In this document: positions 59,933 to 64,000 of the stretch, piece after piece
How the letters are laid out: every line of letters starts with the position of its first letter
How positions within the stretch are numbered: position 1 is the stretch's first letter
Source of the DNA: Actinomycetes bacterium
Lineage (GTDB): Bacteria; Planctomycetota; Phycisphaerae; JAACET01
DNA: 64,000 nt
Assembly: GCA_030614915.1 (NCBI GenBank)
Contig: JAUXAG010000006.1
Span: 66,642 to 130,641 of the forward strand
Reading direction: 5' to 3'
The notes under the pieces: model-generated
Databases searched by the model: none
What the model was told of the DNA's origin: nothing
The model's input: the letters and a program-made list of their open reading frames with translations, nothing else
Program-made: the position numbers and the translations under genes

Positions 59933-62709
59933 AATCTACTACCGTCAGAACCGGTATCGTGCCCCGGCAACTGTTTCAGAAACGGACCGAGGGCCTGGGC
60001 CTCTTCCACGACTCTGCTGAAAGCCTCTTGATCAACCAGGGCCTCTAGTTCGCCAAGGTTGCCGCTCTCTAATTGGGCTGACAGATTGCCGAGCTTATCC
60101 ATAAGGGTAGAACTGTTTTTGGCCAGGTTCTTACAAAAGGCTCCGTGGATACCGACAAGCAGGTCAAAGTCATCCGTAATCAGGCTCAGGGCCTCCCACG
60201 GGGATTTACCCAGAGACTCTGTTTGGCCATTCTTCCACTGAAGACTGTATCCAGTTCGCTGATCGTATTTAAGCGTATCTAAAATGACGGCCTTGGCTGC
60301 CGCTGTTCTGGCATCGGCAATGGTTGGCTTACCGGCTGGAAGCAGGGCACAATCCGGCCAGGCACTGAACTGAACCTTCTCTGCCGGCCGCTGGTTGGCG
60401 GTCTTCGAGTCATGCTGTTCTATCAAGCTCCTGATGGAGATGCCTGAGCGATACTGTACAAAGAGGATGGTATCCTGCTGATCGCTCAGCTCGACCAATT
60501 CCCAGTCGCCATCTACTAAGTCCGCCTGATCTGCCTCTCTTTGCAGGAATTGGCTGTTTCTTCCGGCCGGCACACCAATGACCTTCTTCCAGGAGATTTC
60601 TTTATTGACCTCCCCGGAAACGCGCAGCCGTCCCCGGCTTTCGCCGACTGCCTGGGCCACCAGGTTTGTGATTTGCTCGGGAGTGTGCTTGTCGCAGAAA
60701 ACGTCAAGGACGTGCAGAGTTTCGATTTCGGTTTGGAAGATGTTTTTGGTTACATCCAGCAGGGCTTCGCGCAAAGACTCCTGCGGGCTGTCTATAAATG
60801 CCGCCAGAGAACCGGACTGTCCCATCAAGTGTTCAAAGGCCTGACCAAGCAATTTTGCCGGCCCCCCTTTTTTCTGGAATAGATCTTTCAGTGTTGTTTC
60901 CAGGAAAGCCCGGCCCGCCAGTTCCATACCTACCGGCGTCTGTAACGGAGATGGCTCGCTGTCCAAGAGCATCTGTGCATGCTGCTCCAATTCGATAGCC
61001 GAACCGTCCATCCTGCCGGTAAACCGCACCAAGCGGCCGAGCTCATTGGTCACAAAGGTATGAATTTCAGTCAGCATACTGGTCAATACCCGATGGACCT
61101 CCTGCTCAAGGGCCAGTCGAATGGCCCAGGAAGCGTTATGACGGTACTGCCGGCACAGTTCGCTCATACTCAAGGATCGAAGGGCACGGCCCAGCCAACT
61201 GCGGCGATTGTGCCCTTCCACTTGGTTTGAATAGGTATCTATCTGCTCTAACACAGGGGCTGAGGCCTCGGACGATAGACGCAGCTTTTCACCGCTGAGC
61301 CGCAAGGATCTCCCGATATTGGCGCAGAGCGAATCGAGCGATGCCTTGCTGCTATTGAGTCCGTTTGGCATCTTCATTTTCGTGGCCAGATCTGCTGTGA
61401 TTTGAGTCTTGGCTTCGACCACAGTCTTAGCTGCCCTTTGCTTCATCCGGCCAACTAACAGCGGAATCAACTCGGCGGTTACGCTACGGTAGGCTCCGTG
61501 CACTGCCTGGCAGCCGAGCCAGCCCGTGGCCTGGCCCACCCTGTCGGCAAAAGCGCCCTGAGCCTCTTGGAAGACGTCGGTTTTGCCGTCTTCGCCGACA
61601 ACAAGATGTCTGCTGCCCTGGCTCTCTGCCTCGGATTCGACCAGCTGTAACCGCCAAGCAAGGTTTTCACCGTCTTGTTCGGCTTGTCCGGGGTCTGCGG
61701 CCAGAAGCGAGCGACATAGCCATGCCGCCAGGCGGGAACCGAGGAAACCCTTGATCCTCTGTCTGTCCAGATTAATAACAGAGATACCGGCGGTTGAGAC
61801 GAAGTGGTCTCTATCCACTGTGGCCTGCAGATCCACACCGTGCCGTCTGAGGCACCTGCCGGTCTCGGTATAAGCTAGATTAAAAAGGAAATGGGTAACC
61901 AGGCCTTTTAAACCTTTAATAGTACTAAGCTCGCCGTGGTCATTCACGTTCTGGAAGACCAGAACAGACTCGCTGACCAACCCGATCCCATCAGTAATCC
62001 CGCCTTCGAGATCTACATAATGTGGACAGCGTTGGGCCCAAAGCTGAGTAAGGAGTTGCTGGCGGTTTCGCACAGCTTGGGCCTTGTTGGGCGGAAAGAT
62101 GGTTCCCAGGTCCAGGAATATCCAAGTCAGATTGACCCTTATGTTGAGTTCAGCCGCCGTCTCGTAGACCAGCTTCCGCACGTCGGCAGTAGCAGAGCCC
62201 CCGGTTCCGCCAACCGTTGAAGTTATGACAAAGATCGGCAAGGCCGAGTTTCTGGTGGAATCTTCTGTAGCAATGGCCCGCTGCTGCCCATAGTCCTGGA
62301 AACGCCGCATACCACGGGCAAGCAACTTAGTAAAAAACTGCCGGTTCATCCTGAATCGAGCTCGGCCCCAGGACGGAATGCCTCCACTGCCCATGTCCTC
62401 CTGCTGTATCCCCGGATTGTCAATCTCTCCTGGATCCAAAAATGGCAACTGCCCGCTGGCGGCCATCTGCTTTCTAGATTGAGGATCAGCTAACTCAGCG
62501 GGAATGAAGGTTGAAGTGGGTAAATCCGTAGCTGATGCCTGAGGATCAAGATGGGTGTCCATCCTGATGATCCAGGAATTTAGACCATGGATAATCTTTC
62601 CGCCATAACCAGAGGCCAGGTTCACCACACCGTTGATAACGTCAATCGCTGTAGTGCCCATGTTTATGAACACTGCAAAGCCGCTGAGATTTTGCTTTTG
62701 CTCATTCAT
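59929..62709 (-). CDS. Large (~926 aa) protein with N-terminal FtsZ/tubulin-like GTPase signature and long helical C-terminal region
   Basis: IFVITSTVGGTGGSATADVRKLVYETAAE matches the FtsZ T4-loop region ([25 protein letters not shown]). A possible T1-like stretch AVFINMGTTAIDVINGV lies upstream. No P-loop GKS/T. ATG MNEQ overlaps the last codon and stop of the vWA-FHA gene. Track ORF starts at 62775. Confidence 0.5.
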   Translation of the reverse strand: MNEQKQNLSGFAVFINMGTTAIDVINGVVNLASGYGGKIIHGLNSWIIRMDTHLDPQASATDLPTSTFIPAELADPQSRKQMAASGQLPFLDPGEIDNPGIQQEDMGSGGIPSWGRARFRMNRQFFTKLLARGMRRFQDYGQQRAIATEDSTRNSALPIFVITSTVGGTGGSATADVRKLVYETAAELNIRVNLTWIFLDLGTIFPPNKAQAVRNRQQLLTQLWAQRCPHYVDLEGGITDGIGLVSESVLVFQNVNDHGELSTIKGLKGLVTHFLFNLAYTETGRCLRRHGVDLQATVDRDHFVSTAGISVINLDRQRIKGFLGSRLAAWLCRSLLAADPGQAEQDGENLAWRLQLVESEAESQGSRHLVVGEDGKTDVFQEAQGAFADRVGQATGWLGCQAVHGAYRSVTAELIPLLVGRMKQRAAKTVVEAKTQITADLATKMKMPNGLNSSKASLDSLCANIGRSLRLSGEKLRLSSEASAPVLEQIDTYSNQVEGHNRRSWLGRALRSLSMSELCRQYRHNASWAIRLALEQEVHRVLTSMLTEIHTFVTNELGRLVRFTGRMDGSAIELEQHAQMLLDSEPSPLQTPVGMELAGRAFLETTLKDLFQKKGGPAKLLGQAFEHLMGQSGSLAAFIDSPQESLREALLDVTKNIFQTEIETLHVLDVFCDKHTPEQITNLVAQAVGESRGRLRVSGEVNKEISWKKVIGVPAGRNSQFLQREADQADLVDGDWELVELSDQQDTILFVQYRSGISIRSLIEQHDSKTANQRPAEKVQFSAWPDCALLPAGKPTIADARTAAAKAVILDTLKYDQRTGYSLQWKNGQTESLGKSPWEALSLITDDFDLLVGIHGAFCKNLAKNSSTLMDKLGNLSAQLESGNLGELEALVDQEAFSRVVEEAQALGPFLKQLPGHDTGSDGSRL

Positions 62710-64000
62710 CTTGCTTGTCCTTATGTTCGGTTTTGCCGTCGGATATACTGGCTTGCCTATCTTGCCCGGGGACAACTGCCAAACGCATGCCGACCTTCTT
62801 GGTTAGCTGAAGTCCAATAGGAAACCTGATCTGACGGGTTTTGCCCCGGTTTAATCGGGTGTTGTTGACTTCAACAGGTTTGGATGAGAGATTTCTGACC
62901 AGCCATCTTGAGCCACGCCGCAGCAGGCGGATGTGCCTGACTTCGATACCTTCTTTTGCCAGCCGCAGGGCATTGCCCGGGCCGCTGCCGATGTGTAGCC
63001 TCCTCAGGCTGGCTACCGGGCCAAGGGTATGTTGTTGTCCATCGACCGTGGCCACCAATATCGATGGTCGAGCCTTGGGTTGGGCAGCGAGTCTTCTGCG
63101 AGCTTTGAGTCTTTGTCGAAGTACACGAACCAAGTCGGGGATAAGCAAGGCTGCAGCCGCCAATACCAGGCACACGACTCCACCGGCGGCTATCATGACC
63201 AGCGAAGGGAACCCGCGTTCTGGTTCAGGCTGTGGTTTTTGGCTTGTCTTCTGCTGTTCCGGAATCTTTATTGGATATCTGGCAGTTGCCCGAAAAGTAG
63301 TTTCCTTCTTAGTGGCTGCTTGACGAATAAGAGGGGCTGGCGTGGGTCTAGCTTGAGCTTTGTCCGGTGTTGTTGCGATTTCTTCGACTTTTGGAGGAAG
63401 CTCGGGTACTGGTTTGCTAACCGGTTTTTGCGGAGGTGTTTCCGGAGCAGCTTTCGCCGAAGGCCCGCGGGCCCCGGCCAGCCAAGTCGCAGGATTAGCC
63501 CGATCGATAAGAGACCAACCTAGTTCGCCGTGACTGGCAGCTATGGGGAGTTGTTTATTGGCCTTTGCGGTGCCCGTAACGTAGAGATGCCAACCTCTGG
63601 CCTTGAACGCGGTCGCCAGATGGCGGATTCGTTCGACCTGGCGGTCCGATAGACGGCCATTTGTCAAGACGATGACTACAACCTTGCTATCGTGCTGGTC
63701 TGCGGTACGCTGATCCAGCCGCTCAAAACCCATTTCCAAAGCGCTGGCCACGTCGGCATCGCGAAAATCGACCGGCTCAATATTGGCCAGCAGGGTGTTG
63801 AGGGTTTCGACCCTTTCGGGGTCGATGGATTCGATAGACTGACTGACCCGGATACGACCTTCCCGACGATGGGCACTTATGACCTCCAGGTAATCGCCGG
63901 TCTGCAACCCGGAAACTATATCTTTGGCCAGGACAGAGAGTTCGTTCCAGTCAGACTTGTTTCGACGAGAAGTGTCCCATATCACCGAAACCGCTAGACT
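62702..64000 (-). CDS. vWA domain – TM helix – FHA domain protein (N-terminus beyond window)
   Basis: vWA-like VSVIWDTS...KVVVIVLTNGRLSD. Pro-rich linker. TM helix LVMIAAGGVVCLVLAAAALLI. C-terminal FHA-like HIGSGPGN...EVRHIRL...LVRNLSSKPVEVNNTRL. Reading frame is open to base 64000. Confidence 0.6.
   Translation of the reverse strand, partial: SLAVSVIWDTSRRNKSDWNELSVLAKDIVSGLQTGDYLEVISAHRREGRIRVSQSIESIDPERVETLNTLLANIEPVDFRDADVASALEMGFERLDQRTADQHDSKVVVIVLTNGRLSDRQVERIRHLATAFKARGWHLYVTGTAKANKQLPIAASHGELGWSLIDRANPATWLAGARGPSAKAAPETPPQKPVSKPVPELPPKVEEIATTPDKAQARPTPAPLIRQAATKKETTFRATARYPIKIPEQQKTSQKPQPEPERGFPSLVMIAAGGVVCLVLAAAALLIPDLVRVLRQRLKARRRLAAQPKARPSILVATVDGQQHTLGPVASLRRLHIGSGPGNALRLAKEGIEVRHIRLLRRGSRWLVRNLSSKPVEVNNTRLNRGKTRQIRFPIGLQLTKKVGMRLAVVPGQDRQASISDGKTEHKDKQDE

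Noticed and set aside
59929-62709. Bacterial dynamin-like GTPase interpretation of the 926-aa protein
   Set aside because: No P-loop GxxxxGK[ST] anywhere in the N-terminal region. The GGTGGS motif with a preceding FVIT strand fits the tubulin/FtsZ T4 loop instead.

Overview
This is a GC-rich (~58-60%) bacterial chromosome segment. A Planctomycetota/PVC origin is my inference only, based on a 1219-aa SecA with a zinc-finger C-terminus, many TPR proteins, a DUF1570-like HExxH lipoprotein and the fused MFS/spermidine-synthase architecture.

Core region (~1-42.8 kb):
- Three tandem secreted paralogs that I tentatively place in the DUF4140/DUF4139 family.
- A large signal-peptidase-I-like gene interrupted by one in-frame TAG.
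- proB, waaA (Kdo transferase), secA and efp.
- An rnfCDGEAB operon preceded by a small Cys-rich two-TM protein, followed by an orphan receiver-domain response regulator and an SGNH hydrolase.
- A 1427-aa CoA-substrate-specific enzyme activase fusion.
- An array of three membrane-enzyme genes with near-identical C-terminal TPR tails and duplicated upstream leader DNA. The three N-terminal domains are GT39/PMT-like, TMTC-like and fused MFS/spermidine-synthase-like. One of these genes is interrupted by an in-frame TGA.
- A DUF1570-like HExxH lipoprotein, rplM-rpsI, argC-argJ, a HIT protein and mutS.

Accessory region (~42.8-64 kb):
- A low-GC islet with a stand-alone OLD-family (ABC ATPase + Toprim) nuclease and a membrane protein.
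- An AT-rich intergenic tandem repeat with a promoter-like motif.
- A CI/LexA-like HTH-S24 repressor module and an IS4/IS701-like transposase N-terminal fragment.
- tRNA-Gly(CCC) followed by a tyrosine integrase and excisionase, with dcd-nrdG-nrdD, an ArdC-like antirestriction gene and a terminal translationally coupled operon as cargo.

The terminal operon encodes a vWA-TM-FHA protein, a ~930-aa protein with an N-terminal FtsZ/tubulin-like GTPase signature, and an E1-like (ThiF/MoeB) enzyme. It is the strongest candidate here for an undescribed system.
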